Shown: positions 43,688 through 53,801, counted from the first letter of the stretch. The stretch: 64,000 nt of DNA from Longimicrobiales bacterium (GCA_965226375.1 CBDDCX010000008.1:1760001-1824000); one strand, 5' to 3'. A program made the numbers and translations. Notes: generated by a model from the letters alone, not told the origin.

Positions 43688-44424
43688 GAACCGCGGCCGG
43701 CTCGTACGCGAGCGGAAGTCGTAGGTGGGCAGTGCGGGTGGGAGCGACACGGACGGCGCGACGCCTGGGGGTGCTCGTGGCTGTCTCCGTACTCGCGGCG
43801 TGCGCCGGGGAGGTTGTCGAAGAGCCGACGGATCCTCGGCTCCAGAATACGCTCCTGCGGGCGAGTCAGTTCAATGAAACGGCGCCCGAGACCTTCCGTG
43901 CGCTGTTCGAGACCACCAACGGGGCCTTCGTCATCGAGGTTCACCGCGAATGGGCACCGCTGGGCGCCGACCGTTTTTTCAACCTGGTGAGCCGTGAATG
44001 GTACGACGGGGTGCGGTTTCATAGGGTGCTGACCGACTTTATGGTGCAGTGGGGCATTCACGATGAGCCGTACGTGAATGCCATCTGGCAAGACGAACTC
44101 CTGGCTGACGACCCTCCTGCCCAGTCCAACACGCGCGGGCGTGTATCGTTCGCCAAGGGTGGGGCTAACAGCCGCACGGTCCAGGTCTTTATCAACTACA
44201 AGGACAACCCGAGTCTGGACGAGCGTGGATTCTCTCCGATCGGCGAGGTGGTGGAGGGTATGGACGTGGTAGACGGGCTCTACGCCGAATACGGTGAGGG
44301 TCCCCCGCGGGGCGAGGGTGTCTACCAGGCCATGGCCATGGCGCGTGGGGCCGAATACTACGACGCGGAGTTCCCGGAGCTGGACAGGATCGTCCGGGCG
44401 AGGGTGGCCTTTACTCCGCCCTGA
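43684..44424 (+). CDS. Cyclophilin-type peptidyl-prolyl isomerase, probable lipoprotein
   Basis: LAAC lipobox, WAPLGADRF, FHRV..FMVQWG, SNTRG, QVFIN, GEVVEGMDVV; exact start uncertain. Confidence 0.88.
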   Translation: MRTAAGSYASGSRRWAVRVGATRTARRLGVLVAVSVLAACAGEVVEEPTDPRLQNTLLRASQFNETAPETFRALFETTNGAFVIEVHREWAPLGADRFFNLVSREWYDGVRFHRVLTDFMVQWGIHDEPYVNAIWQDELLADDPPAQSNTRGRVSFAKGGANSRTVQVFINYKDNPSLDERGFSPIGEVVEGMDVVDGLYAEYGEGPPRGEGVYQAMAMARGAEYYDAEFPELDRIVRARVAFTPP

Positions 44425-44836
44425 GCGCCTCCACCGGAGAGAGCGGATTGGACCGGGGACGGTCTCGACGCGTTGGCCAAAGGGGGTGGTGCGGCTACGG
44501 GTCAAGCACTCGACTCACCGACGCCCGAGCGCGTCGATCTTTTGCTGGAAGAACCGCGCGAAGCCCTCCCCTGGGTCGACCGCGAGTCCTTTCTGAAAGG
44601 CCGCCAGCGCCGCCTCGCGGTCACCTTTCGCTTCCAGAGTCTCTCCCAACTCCCACAAGATTGACTGCGCCTCGGGGAACTGTTCGAGATTCATCTCCAG
44701 CACAGTGACGGCGTCGTCGAAGTTTCCCTGCCGACTGAGCTGGCCGGCGAGCCCCGTGAGCGCCCCCGTTTAGCGCCCCCGATTTCTCTGGACAGTAGAT
44801 TGGCAAAGACAGCGGGTCCAGAGAGAAAGGGACGTG

Positions 44837-45196
44837 ATGGCCCAGAAGCCGAGGGAGAACAAGGCGACCGCAGGTCGTGAGAAGGTACCCGAGCGGTGGA
44901 GTGCCCAGCAGAAAACGGAGGTGGTGCTGCGCCTGCTACGGGGTGAGGACCTGGTGGAGGTCAGCCGCGAGGTACAGGTCTCACCGCCGGAGCTGGAGGA
45001 ATGGCGGCGGGTGTTCCTGGAGACCGGTCAGCAGGGACTGAGACGCCGGGGCCGAGACCCTGGAGAACGGGAGCTGACCCGGACCCGGGCGAAGCTGGGA
45101 GAGTTGACGATGCGACTGGAGCTTGCGAGAGAACTCCTGGAAAAAAGGGGGTACGGGGACGAGCTGGAGAAGCTCTTGAAGCGCGGACGCGGGTGA
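44837..45196 (+). CDS. IS3-family transposase OrfA
   Basis: RWSAQQKTEVVLRLLRGE HTH, KLGELTMRLEL zipper. Confidence 0.82.
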   Translation: MAQKPRENKATAGREKVPERWSAQQKTEVVLRLLRGEDLVEVSREVQVSPPELEEWRRVFLETGQQGLRRRGRDPGERELTRTRAKLGELTMRLELARELLEKRGYGDELEKLLKRGRG

Positions 45197-46079
45197 GTCC
45201 GGGGACAGGGCGGCTCTACCCTCTGACGATGATCTGCGAGGTCTGGCGGGTGGGGCGCTCGACGGTCTACGCGGCCCGAGATCGAGAAGAGAGCGACGGG
45301 CCGGCAGGGCTGAAGAAGCGCGGACCGAAGACGAAGCTGAGCGACGAGGAGTTGGTGGAGGAGATCCGACAGGTGCTGAAGGAGAGCGACTTCCTGGGCG
45401 AAGGCCACCGGAAGGTCCGGGCCCGTCTGAGAGCCAAGGGGATCGGTGTGGGCAAGAACCGCGTGCTGCGGCTGATGCGGGAGAATGGGCTGCTGGCCCC
45501 CGTACGGCGCGGAAAGCACCCGCGTGGGGACCGGAGCCACAGCGGCCGGATCACGCGACGGATGTGCCGAACGAGCTGTGGGGTACGGACGCGACGCGGT
45601 TCTACACGAAGGAGGATGGGTGGTGCTGGTTCTTCGTGGCGGTGGATCACTGCATCACAGACGTGGTGGGCTGGCACGTGGCGAAGAAGGGCGATCGGTG
45701 GGCAGCGCTCGAGCCGATCCGCCAGGGTGTACGAACCCACATGGACGGCTACGCGCCCAAGATCGCTCTGGGGCTCGGCCTACGGCACGACTGGGGCCCT
45801 CAGTACACCGCCCATCAGTTCCAAGGAGAGCTGGCCTGGCTCGGGATCCGCTCGACGGCCTCGTACGTAGGAGAGCCGGAGTGCAACGGCGTCGCGGAAC
45901 GCTTCATGCGGACGCTGAAGGAAGAGTGCCTGTACCTCCACGACTTCGAGAGCCTCGAGGAGGCCAGGCAGGAGATCGATGCGTTCATCGAACGCTACAA
46001 CCGCGGGTGGCTCCTGGAGCGGCACGGGTATCGGACCCCGGCCCAGGTCCGTCAGGAGCTCACCCTGAAGGCGGCATGA
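45193..46079 (+). pseudogene. IS3-family transposase OrfB with frameshift near 45555
   Basis: GHRKVRARL, RVLRLMRENGL in one frame; PNELWGTD, LRHDWG, NGVAERFMRTLKEE in the next. Confidence 0.8.
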
Positions 46080-46712
46080 TTAGGCCGCCGACTTGTCCAG
46101 GAAACCGGAACCGGTACACCCTGGCCGAAGTCGAAGATGGCCCTGCCGAAATAGGCGTCGTGAAGCTCGTCGTATTTGGCCTTTAGTGCGTCGATCCCAC
46201 CCTCTTCGCGGGCCACCATGAGCTCGGTGCGAAGATCCGCAGGCTTGTTGTACCCGTGATGACAGGTGTTGCAGCCCACCTCGACCCGGTCTTCTCGGCC
46301 CGTCTTGGGGAGATGCTCGGAGTTGATCGACTCCACCATCTGATACATGACCCGGGCGATGCGCTTGGTCTCCTTGTCATCAGACGCGAAGTCGAAGTCT
46401 TCGAGCGTGGCCGCGTTCTCTCCCACGTGGCAATAGCCGCAATTGGTGCCGAGAGCACTGGCAAACCCACGCATGATGCCCACGAGGCGCGCTCGTGAGA
46501 TGTCCTCGGGCAGGAGCTCGAGGTTGGTGAACTCATCCGGAATCTGGGCTGCGGCCCGACCCGGAATCGAGAGGATCACCCCGAAGGCGATCACCACCAC
46601 CACACACGTCAACTTCCCCATGATCCGTCTCTTTCGTCGAGGTACGGGACACTGCAGGCACCAATATGTTTTCTACGCCCTAAAGGTCCGGTGGCTTACC
46701 TGCGGCTCGTCG

Positions 46713-47339
46713 TTATCCGTCCAGTTCATACGCCACCTCGAGCCATTCACGCACCTCGTCGTCGATCTCATCGTCCGAGGTGAGCGCGAATCGATGTGTG
46801 ATGCGGTCCTTCCTGGCCAGCCCGCCGGTGTCGATGATGCGCTGGGGGATTTCCCGATCGACCCCCTTCAGCGCCAGGCCGAGATCGACTCGCGTCTTGG
46901 TCGTGGGCTTGATCTCGGCGAAAATGTGAGACCGGTAGAGCGGAACGATGGTCTTGCATGGGCAGATCTTCACGTCGGACCCGAGGGAGCGACCGAGCTC
47001 GATGAGCGCGTCATGGATCGGCCGGAGGGACTCTTTACCGTCATACATCGTGGCGACGTACCGGGGGGCCGCCTCCAGGTAGGCATCCGGATCGGTTCCG
47101 TCACGTCCCTGTCCCACCGAGGCCTCCGCCACCATCCTACCGGTGGTGCCTCCGAGCCCGTGCTCCGACTTGAGCCAGATCAGGCGCTCCTTGGCGCCCC
47201 GCGGACCGTCCCGGTCCAGAAGGCTCGTCCACTCCTCGACGGACCGCCCGGTCTTTTCCGGTAGCTTCCGGAGAATGGCCTGAGCATACGGCACCGAGGG
47301 GTGGACGCTGTAGATGCTCTGGTGGCTTGTCCGGCCCAT
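46713..47339 (-). CDS. DUF4287/DUF5655-type protein
   Basis: EKTGRSVEEW, WLKSEHGLG, PCKTIVP, RITH...DEIDDEVREWLEVAY. Confidence 0.72.
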   Translation of the reverse strand: MGRTSHQSIYSVHPSVPYAQAILRKLPEKTGRSVEEWTSLLDRDGPRGAKERLIWLKSEHGLGGTTGRMVAEASVGQGRDGTDPDAYLEAAPRYVATMYDGKESLRPIHDALIELGRSLGSDVKICPCKTIVPLYRSHIFAEIKPTTKTRVDLGLALKGVDREIPQRIIDTGGLARKDRITHRFALTSDDEIDDEVREWLEVAYELDG

Positions 47340-47351
47340 GAGCTCTCCCCC

Positions 47352-48254
47352 CTACCAGCTCACGTACTTGTACATCAGCCGAATCAACTGGTACGCTTCG
47401 GTCATGTTCTTCGCCGTGTACTCGACGTGGGTGCCGTCCGAACGGCTCATTCCGGGGATGGCCTGGAGAATATCCACCCGCGTCGTCGATGCGAAGTGCA
47501 TCCGGATGTTGATGGGGTCGCTGACCTGGAGCGGTGTGGCGCTCGGGAGATTGGCCAGCGCCTCATGGGTCGCTTCCCGCAGACGGGCCCGTACGACCTC
47601 CGGGTGGAGGAGCCGTGCGACCTGGTAGCCGATGGCCTCTTTGGTGGCGACCGCCCGCGTCTGCACCAAGGCGCTGAACTGTTTCGCGAAGGTCTCGTCG
47701 CCGGCGGCTACCAGGATCGGTACACCATGTGACCCGGCATAGTGTGCGTTCAACCCTCCTTCTCCGACCTCCACCCCGTTCAGCCAGAGCCCTTTGACCG
47801 ATCCTGATCCCGTGTGGGCCAGAAAGCCGCCTTCGGTGCCCGCCCGGGCGTGATATCCGAGGAAGATGGCTCCGTCGAATGAAGCGTCGAGGCCCTGCAC
47901 CATGCCCAGCGGCTTGATGTTCCCTTGAATGTAGGTCACGCGCGGATCGAGTCTGGTGTGGAGCAGATTCTGCATATCGCCGTGCGAGTCGTTTACCAGG
48001 ATCTCGGCCGGACCGGACTCGAAAATGGCCTCTACTACCGTATTGACCTCGGCGGTCATAAGCTCGCGGCCGGTCGCGTAGTCTTTCCCGGTGCCGTTGG
48101 TCATCTTCCCGGTCCCGATTCCTCCGATGCCTTCCATATCTACCGAGATGAAGATCCGTACGGGACGCTCCTGTCCTGTCAGTTCGGAGGCGGCGAATCC
48201 GGCTGCTGCAAACGCCAGAATCAGCGGAAGTGTGAAAATGCGACGAGAGATCAT
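47352..48254 (-). CDS. dppA: M55 family D-aminopeptidase, with signal peptide
   Basis: IFISVDMEGI, VNDSHG, FLGYHARAG, LAHT, GEGGLN; start set at ATG 48254. Confidence 0.88.
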   Translation of the reverse strand: MISRRIFTLPLILAFAAAGFAASELTGQERPVRIFISVDMEGIGGIGTGKMTNGTGKDYATGRELMTAEVNTVVEAIFESGPAEILVNDSHGDMQNLLHTRLDPRVTYIQGNIKPLGMVQGLDASFDGAIFLGYHARAGTEGGFLAHTGSGSVKGLWLNGVEVGEGGLNAHYAGSHGVPILVAAGDETFAKQFSALVQTRAVATKEAIGYQVARLLHPEVVRARLREATHEALANLPSATPLQVSDPINIRMHFASTTRVDILQAIPGMSRSDGTHVEYTAKNMTEAYQLIRLMYKYVSW

Positions 48255-48450
48255 TATCGGTGCTCCGAGGAAGACAGTGAGACGAAGGGTCGATGTCGAA
48301 AAAAAAATTGTGCCCAGAGGCCCTATACTCTTGGTAAATTGAGAATAAGGGGGATGATTTAACATATCGACCCCCCTTGGAGTCAAAGCGGGTGGAAGGG
48401 ATGACCAGTCGCTCCGAACGGCTTGAGAGCCGTATGAGGAGATTCAGAGA

Positions 48451-49048
48451 ATGAAGCACCACTTTGTGCATGGAATGGTGGCCTTGAGCGTGATCGCGCT
48501 GGCTGCCTGCAGTGAAACCGCCGGCCCCGATGGGACCGACTCCCAGTTCGAGTCCCTCCTGACGCTCGATGTCGCTATGGTCTCGGCCGATGCGCTCATC
48601 GATGTTCTGGCCGAGTTGCAGTTGGGATTCGTCGGTGGATTCGGCGGCGCGTTCGCCGCACCGCCGCTCGACCGTGTTCGGACCGTCACGTACTACGACG
48701 CTAACGGGGACCCGCAGGACGCCTACGACGCGGACGCGACCGCCTCGATCCACATCGTGAGTGAGATGAGTGGCGAAATGGTTCGTGACAACTGGTCCGG
48801 GTCCATCTCACGGACACGGGACATTACGATTACCGGCCTCGAGGGCGACGAGACCGACCGCACGGCCAACGGGACGGGCAGCAGCACCGTTTCCCGCAGT
48901 CACCACTCCGACGAGGATGGCGACCGCAGCTACGAGATGTCCGGTGCGTCGGTTATCACGGATGTCGTTCATGTGGTTCCCCGGGACGAGAATCCCTACC
49001 CCCTTTCGGGAACCGTCACGCGTGATGTGACCGTTGTCATCGTCAATC
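48451..49048 (+). pseudogene. Beta-rich hypothetical lipoprotein, probably 3'-truncated by IS481-like DNA
   Basis: LAAC lipobox; strand pattern up to YPLSGTVTRDVTVVIVN, after which the frame runs into the antisense of a transposase remnant. Confidence 0.6.
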
Positions 49049-49049
49049 G

Positions 49050-49300
49050 TCACACTGAACAGCGCACCCCAAGTGTGCCAGCTGTGACAGATTGGGTTAC
49101 GTCCTGTGTTACTGAAAATGACAGTTCTTCGTCAAACCACCCGAGGGTAGTGGGACCGAAGTAGACCTGCCACAGAGCGGGGCCGATGGGTTTGAACTCG
49201 TTGCCCAGAGCCGAACTGATGTGATCCAACGCGAGTGCCAGCGGATGGCTCCGTTTGTAGAGACCTTACGGACCTCGAACAGGGTACTCGATGGGCAGAG
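49050..49300 (-). pseudogene. IS481-like transposase C-terminal remnant
   Basis: Pieces LPIEY, FEVRKVSTNGAIRWHSRW, LWQVYFGPTTLGWFDEE across frames; cut by IS3 copy B. Confidence 0.6.
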
Positions 49301-49373
49301 CCCTCTCTGCCAACGTACGTGAGACACGGAGCACGCAAAGAATTAGAGTAGGGCGAAGGCAGAGAAAACGAAC

Positions 49374-49823
49374 ATGTTGGGACTGCGAGAGAGAATGGCA
49401 GAGAATGGTAGTGCCCCTGGAACCGGGGAGGCCAAGCGAAGCGCGGCAGCTCCTGCGGACCCGGAGGTAGTAGATAGGCCGCTACGGCGGCGGTTCAGTC
49501 CGTCGTACAAGCTGCGGATCGTCGAAGAAGCGGACCGGTGCACCGAGCCCGGCGAGGTGGGTCAAGTCCTGCGGCGAGAGGGCCTGTACTCGTCGCACCT
49601 GACGACGTGGCGCAAGGCGGCGCATAGCGGGTCGCTGAAGGCCCTGTCGAAGAAACGCGGCCGCAAGCCGGAGCGAAATCCGCTGGATGAGAAGGTACGC
49701 AAGCTGGAGCGGCGAAACGCACGGCTCGGGAATGAGCTCAGGAAGGCACACCTGATCATCGACGTGCAGGGAAAAGTTGCGGGGCTGCTGGGGATAAGCC
49801 TCGACGACGGGACAAACTCTTGA
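49374..49823 (+). CDS. IS3-family transposase OrfA
   Basis: Same translation as 32322-32771. Confidence 0.88.
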   Translation: MLGLRERMAENGSAPGTGEAKRSAAAPADPEVVDRPLRRRFSPSYKLRIVEEADRCTEPGEVGQVLRREGLYSSHLTTWRKAAHSGSLKALSKKRGRKPERNPLDEKVRKLERRNARLGNELRKAHLIIDVQGKVAGLLGISLDDGTNS

Positions 49824-50827
49824 AGGCGGCCGATGAGCTGGCTAAGCACGTCGGTGTAAAACCGGCGTGCGCGGCCCTCGAGGTCTCCCGATCGACGTTG
49901 TACCGTCGTCGAGGCCCATCAACCGGGCAACAGCAGCCCCGCCCGACGCCCGCCCGGGCATTGAGCGAGACGGAACGAGGCGAGGTCTTCGACACGCTGT
50001 GTTCGGAGCGGTTCGTGGACCGCTCACCCGCCGAGGTGGTGGCCACGCTGCTCGACGAAGAGGTCTACCTGTGCAGCGAACGCACGATGTATCGTGTTCT
50101 GGCCTCCGAGGTGCCGGTTCAGGAACGCCGGGCGCAGCGCACCCATCCCGAGTACAAGAAGCCCGAGTTGATGGCCACGGCGCCGAACCAGGTGTGGTCC
50201 TGGGATATCACGCGGCTGCTCGGGCCGAAGAAGTGGAGCTATTACTACCTCTACGTCATCATGGACATCTACAGCCGCTACGTCGTGGGCTGGATGGTGG
50301 CGGACCGGGAGAACTCGGCCCTGGCCGGCCGGTTGATCCAGCAGAGCTGCCTGAAGCATGGCGTCCAGCCCCGGGTCCTGACCCTGCACTCGGATCGGGG
50401 AGCTCCAATGACGAGCCAATGCACCGCTCAACTTCTCGCTGACCTCGGCGTGACCCGCTCGTTGAGCCGGCCTCAGGTGTCGGATGACAACCCGTTTTCC
50501 GAGGCTCAGTTCAAAACCTTGAAGTACCATCCCTCGTTTCCCGGACGGTTCGGGGATCAGGGCCAAGCCAAGACGTTCTGTCGATCGTTCTTCCGCTGGT
50601 ACAATGCCGAGCACCGCCATGGCGGCATCTCGATGCTAACCCCCGAGCAGGTCCACTTCGGGAACGCCGATCAGGTCATTGCCGGCAGGAAATCCGTGCT
50701 CCGCGAAGCATGGGCCGCTCATCCCGAACGCTTCGTCAGAGGTGTGCCGAAGCCCAAACCGCTCCCGGAGGCCGTCTTCATCAATCCTCCCATCCCTTCC
50801 CTCACCACACAGGACATTGCTCTCTAA
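49820..50827 (+). CDS. IS3-family transposase OrfB
   Basis: Same translation as 31318-32325. Confidence 0.92.
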   Translation: MKAADELAKHVGVKPACAALEVSRSTLYRRRGPSTGQQQPRPTPARALSETERGEVFDTLCSERFVDRSPAEVVATLLDEEVYLCSERTMYRVLASEVPVQERRAQRTHPEYKKPELMATAPNQVWSWDITRLLGPKKWSYYYLYVIMDIYSRYVVGWMVADRENSALAGRLIQQSCLKHGVQPRVLTLHSDRGAPMTSQCTAQLLADLGVTRSLSRPQVSDDNPFSEAQFKTLKYHPSFPGRFGDQGQAKTFCRSFFRWYNAEHRHGGISMLTPEQVHFGNADQVIAGRKSVLREAWAAHPERFVRGVPKPKPLPEAVFINPPIPSLTTQDIAL

Positions 50828-51031
50828 TTAATCCCGTAGAGTGTCCCATTGTCGTTGACAGGTTCCGCACAGGCCCCAGTCGTTCGATGGGAACGACCCT
50901 ACAGGTGTCGGACTCCCACGGAACTCTCCAGGCCCACGTCCTTCGAAATCCCGGACGATGAGGCGGGCCCGCACCCCACCAAGAGGATGAGGACGCTCCC
51001 TGAGCGAGCAGGAAGAACCGACACCGCCTAC

Positions 51032-51199
51032 CTAGTGTCGTGTCCCAGAAATACGCCGGCATTGATCTCGCTACGCTTCGATCGTCTCGCGGTCAACTCG
51101 GCACTCGAAAGAAGCGTGCAGGTCGCTCGGCTCGGGAACCGCTGCATCCACCCTTCGGTCCCCTCGGTGCGGCACCGTATTTCTGGGACAGGACACTAG
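51032..51199. mobile_element. MITE-like element, 168 bp, 24-bp terminal inverted repeats bounded by CTAG
   Basis: ctagtgtcgtgtcccagaaatacg (51032-51055) vs cgtatttctgggacaggacactag (51176-51199): 23/24 complementary; no transposase inside. Confidence 0.72.
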
Positions 51200-51567
51200 T
51201 CATCTTCGACGAGCTGAATCTCGTCCGGGCCGTTCGGCACCACACACAGGAACTCGAAGGCATCGGGCCCGAGCGACTCGTACCAGTGCGGAACGCCGGC
51301 CGGAATGAAGACTACATCGTCACGCTTCACCTCGATGACCTCGTTGCCGATGCCGACTCGAGCGTGCCCACGAAGCACGTATTGCTCGTGCTCGACCGTG
51401 TTCGTGTGCTTTGGCATGCCGCCCCCCGGCTCCATGATAAACCGGCGCATGGCAAAGTTGGGCCCCTCATCGGGACCGATGAGTACCTGGCGAACGGTCC
51501 CCGAACCAGCGCTCACGGGCTCGGTCGGGACATCATCTGCGTGCTTGTGTCGCATGGGGTACTCCAT
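51196..51567 (-). CDS. Cupin-2 domain protein
   Basis: NFAMRRF, PGGGMPKHTNTVEHEQYVLRG, FIPAGVPHWY, FLCVVP. Confidence 0.88.
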   Translation of the reverse strand: MEYPMRHKHADDVPTEPVSAGSGTVRQVLIGPDEGPNFAMRRFIMEPGGGMPKHTNTVEHEQYVLRGHARVGIGNEVIEVKRDDVVFIPAGVPHWYESLGPDAFEFLCVVPNGPDEIQLVEDD

Positions 51568-51591
51568 TGGGACCGGGTGGAGGGCGCAGGA

Positions 51592-52305
51592 TCAGGCCTG
51601 GGCGGATGCCGCCCGTCCATGCCAATCCTTTCGCCATTCGTATACCGCCGCCGATGCATTCAGCAGGAAAACAATGTACTGGGCACCGAACATATAAGCT
51701 CCAGTGAGCGAAAAGAGGACGATCGCAGAAGCATCCACCGGCCCGAACCAAAGGATCCAACTCTCGATCTTCTTGCGGCTCAGAAGCCACTGGGCGATGA
51801 CGCTCGCCGCCACGATTGACGCGTCCCAGTAGACGAAGACGGCACGGTCGTAGATGCGATCGAAGAAAGCGGCCATCAGGTAGGTAGCTACCAGGAAGAA
51901 GGGCACGTATACGAGCCACTCCTTCCGGCTCGTCCAGCTTACCTGGAGTTCAGTCTGCTCGTCCCCGCCTCGCACCCAGTGATACCAGGCCCACCAATTG
52001 ATGGGCAGGAAGTAGAAGAGATGGAGCCAAGCCTGACCCATGAGCCCGAGGCGATGAAACACCAGTCCCACAGCAGTCACACTTACGATCCCAAACACCC
52101 ATGCGACGACATTCTGCTTTCGGAGCAGCCAGACGTTGCAGAGTCCGGTGGAGGTTCCTATCAGTTCGAGCGGTGAAGGTCGTGTGGCAAAGTGTGTCGT
52201 CAGTACCGCAAACAGCGCGGTAATCACCAGTGCCGCCGCAAAGACCCGCGCCGCCTCCCTTCGGTGCTCACGTGTTCCCAGGAAGCCGACGGCGGATGAG
52301 GTCAT
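51592..52305 (-). CDS. pnuC: PnuC-family (nicotinamide riboside / B-vitamin) transporter
   Basis: Multi-TM; LELIG, WVFGIVS, WYHW, DASIVAASVIAQWLLSRKKIESWILW. Confidence 0.85.
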   Translation of the reverse strand: MTSSAVGFLGTREHRREAARVFAAALVITALFAVLTTHFATRPSPLELIGTSTGLCNVWLLRKQNVVAWVFGIVSVTAVGLVFHRLGLMGQAWLHLFYFLPINWWAWYHWVRGGDEQTELQVSWTSRKEWLVYVPFFLVATYLMAAFFDRIYDRAVFVYWDASIVAASVIAQWLLSRKKIESWILWFGPVDASAIVLFSLTGAYMFGAQYIVFLLNASAAVYEWRKDWHGRAASAQA

Positions 52306-52321
52306 AGGCCCATATGGACGA

Positions 52322-52350
52322 GAGGCTGGCGGGGAAACCCCGCCAGCCTC
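52322..52350. repeat. 13-bp perfect hairpin between LVIVD gene and pnuC
   Basis: gaggctggcgggg-aaa-ccccgccagcctc; no U-tract. Confidence 0.6.
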
Positions 52351-52407
52351 ATCACCAACCCCGGGAAAGCCGCAGTGCCCGAGAACTCTCTCATCGGTAC
52401 TACTACA

Positions 52408-53727
52408 CTAGTTGCGGCTCCGCGCCTGTACGGCAGGTCCGTTCTCCCAGTCCTGCACGCTGGAGATATTCGGCTGACCCCAGTCCAGGCCGTTCCAGCC
52501 GGAGAAGCCCTCCATCTTGAAGGCCCAGAAGCCGGTCTGGATGTCGGACATGACGATCAGACCGTCCGCGTTACGCACGTCCACACCCCAGGAGCCGTTC
52601 ATTACGCCCGCATCGTCCGGCTCGAGATAGGTGTCGTAGTGCGCGATCGTCTTCGGATTCGCGGGATCCGACAGTGTGAAGATCTGCAGTCCGTCCACAT
52701 ATCCGGACACGAACACGTAGGGCCAGCGCACCTCGTGGTTGTGCGATAGGTGCTCCCAGTTCGCCGTCCACGCCGAGATCGGTCGATTGATATTGGCGAC
52801 CTCACCATCCAGGGCGGGCTGGAGATCGAAGATTCGAAGCGGAGCGTATTGATACTCCGTCTCGGCGATGACGTAGCGGCCGTCAGCGGAAGGAGTGAAG
52901 GTATGGCCACGACGCACGCCGTTGATCCCGGTCAGGCTCACGATGAGCTCCGGGTTCTCCAGGTCGGTGATGTTGTAGACGTAGTAGCCACCCGTACCAC
53001 CACCGTAGAAGCGGTCCTGCTCGCTGTCGGCGTGATAGCCTGTGTAGAAGTCATGGTACCCGCTAGCGCCGACTCGGCCCGGGGTTTGCCCTTCGGGCAC
53101 GGGCACCTGAGCGACCAGAGCCTCGTCGATACGTCCGTCCACCACGTACCCCAAGTCGTAGACGTTGGCAAAGGGCCCGCCCACGGTGGAGAAGAGCAGC
53201 GGACGGCCGTTGCTGTGCCGGTAGACGAAAATGTTGTGGAAGCCACCGATCTCGTTAGGGCCCTGAATCCGCCCGACCTCCTTGAAAGTCGAGACGTCAG
53301 GCAGATCCGTCACGTCGAAGATGACGGCACCCAGATCGGCGTCGGGGCCACCCTGTCGGAATTGAACCGAGTGGACCAGGTAGTTTCGCCCTTCGTACGC
53401 GAAGATCTTGATGTCCTTTCCCGCAGACCCGACGTGCAGATCCATGTCCTCGAAGCTCCAGCGGAGAATCACCTTGGCGTCGTAGGGATCGGTCAGGTCG
53501 ATGATGTCCAACCCCCGTCCCTCACGAGCCACGTAGGCGAACGGGCGGTCCATGTCCTGCTCGATTTCGATGTCCGACACTCTTTCGCCCAACGGTAGGT
53601 GGGCCACCACCTCGATGTTGTCACTCCCTCGGGCCTCACTGTCCGTCTGAGCCATGGCGGGGCCCGCCAGAACCAGGGTCGAGCCTGCCAAGGTAGCGGC
53701 AAGCAGTCCAGCTGCATGGATACTCAT
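52408..53727 (-). CDS. Secreted LVIVD-repeat beta-propeller protein, paralogue 1
   Basis: Signal peptide; GLDIIDLTDP, LRIFDL, GLQIF blades; GGFHN, YHD, GHT, HNHE. Confidence 0.78.
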   Translation of the reverse strand: MSIHAAGLLAATLAGSTLVLAGPAMAQTDSEARGSDNIEVVAHLPLGERVSDIEIEQDMDRPFAYVAREGRGLDIIDLTDPYDAKVILRWSFEDMDLHVGSAGKDIKIFAYEGRNYLVHSVQFRQGGPDADLGAVIFDVTDLPDVSTFKEVGRIQGPNEIGGFHNIFVYRHSNGRPLLFSTVGGPFANVYDLGYVVDGRIDEALVAQVPVPEGQTPGRVGASGYHDFYTGYHADSEQDRFYGGGTGGYYVYNITDLENPELIVSLTGINGVRRGHTFTPSADGRYVIAETEYQYAPLRIFDLQPALDGEVANINRPISAWTANWEHLSHNHEVRWPYVFVSGYVDGLQIFTLSDPANPKTIAHYDTYLEPDDAGVMNGSWGVDVRNADGLIVMSDIQTGFWAFKMEGFSGWNGLDWGQPNISSVQDWENGPAVQARSRN

Positions 53728-53781
53728 GGATTACCTCGTTGGATGCGGACGTGCGCGGGAGTAGTCCGGGCGTTGAACGTA

Positions 53782-53801
53782 GCGGCCGTTGCAACGGCCG
53801 C
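53782..53801. promoter_or_regulatory. Perfect 20-bp palindrome upstream of paralogue 1
   Basis: gcggccgttgcaacggccgc equals its reverse complement; 55-75 bp before the ATG. Confidence 0.35.

Larger units (their letters stand above)
44768..46118 (+). mobile_element. IS3-family insertion sequence (different from copies A/B), about 1351 bp
   Basis: Imperfect IRs (gatttctctggaca / ggtttcctggaca), right end ...GTACA, CCC on both flanks; left end ambiguous by 1 bp. Confidence 0.82.
44515..46621 (-). pseudogene. Dihaem c-type cytochrome with C-terminal TPR, split by an IS3-family element
   Basis: N-part 46119-46621 has signal peptide, CGYCH and CNTCH; C-part 44515-44767 is TPR-like; removing the IS restores ...FDFGQGALTGLAG... 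in frame. Confidence 0.82.
49301..50867 (+). mobile_element. IS3-family insertion sequence, copy B (1567 bp)
   Basis: Same ends, length and translated ORFs as 31278-32844. Confidence 0.9.

Noticed and set aside
45140..45151. Programmed -1 frameshift site (A6G) in IS3 orfA
   Set aside because: Run is phased GAA AAA AGG, not A AAA AAG; cannot support it without a downstream structure analysis.
46119..46621. Evidence of phototrophy from reaction-centre-like cytochrome
   Set aside because: Only two haem motifs, TPR-fused, and no puf/bch genes nearby.
52306..52407. TPP/FMN riboswitch ahead of pnuC
   Set aside because: Only about 100 bp with one simple hairpin; no recognisable aptamer consensus.
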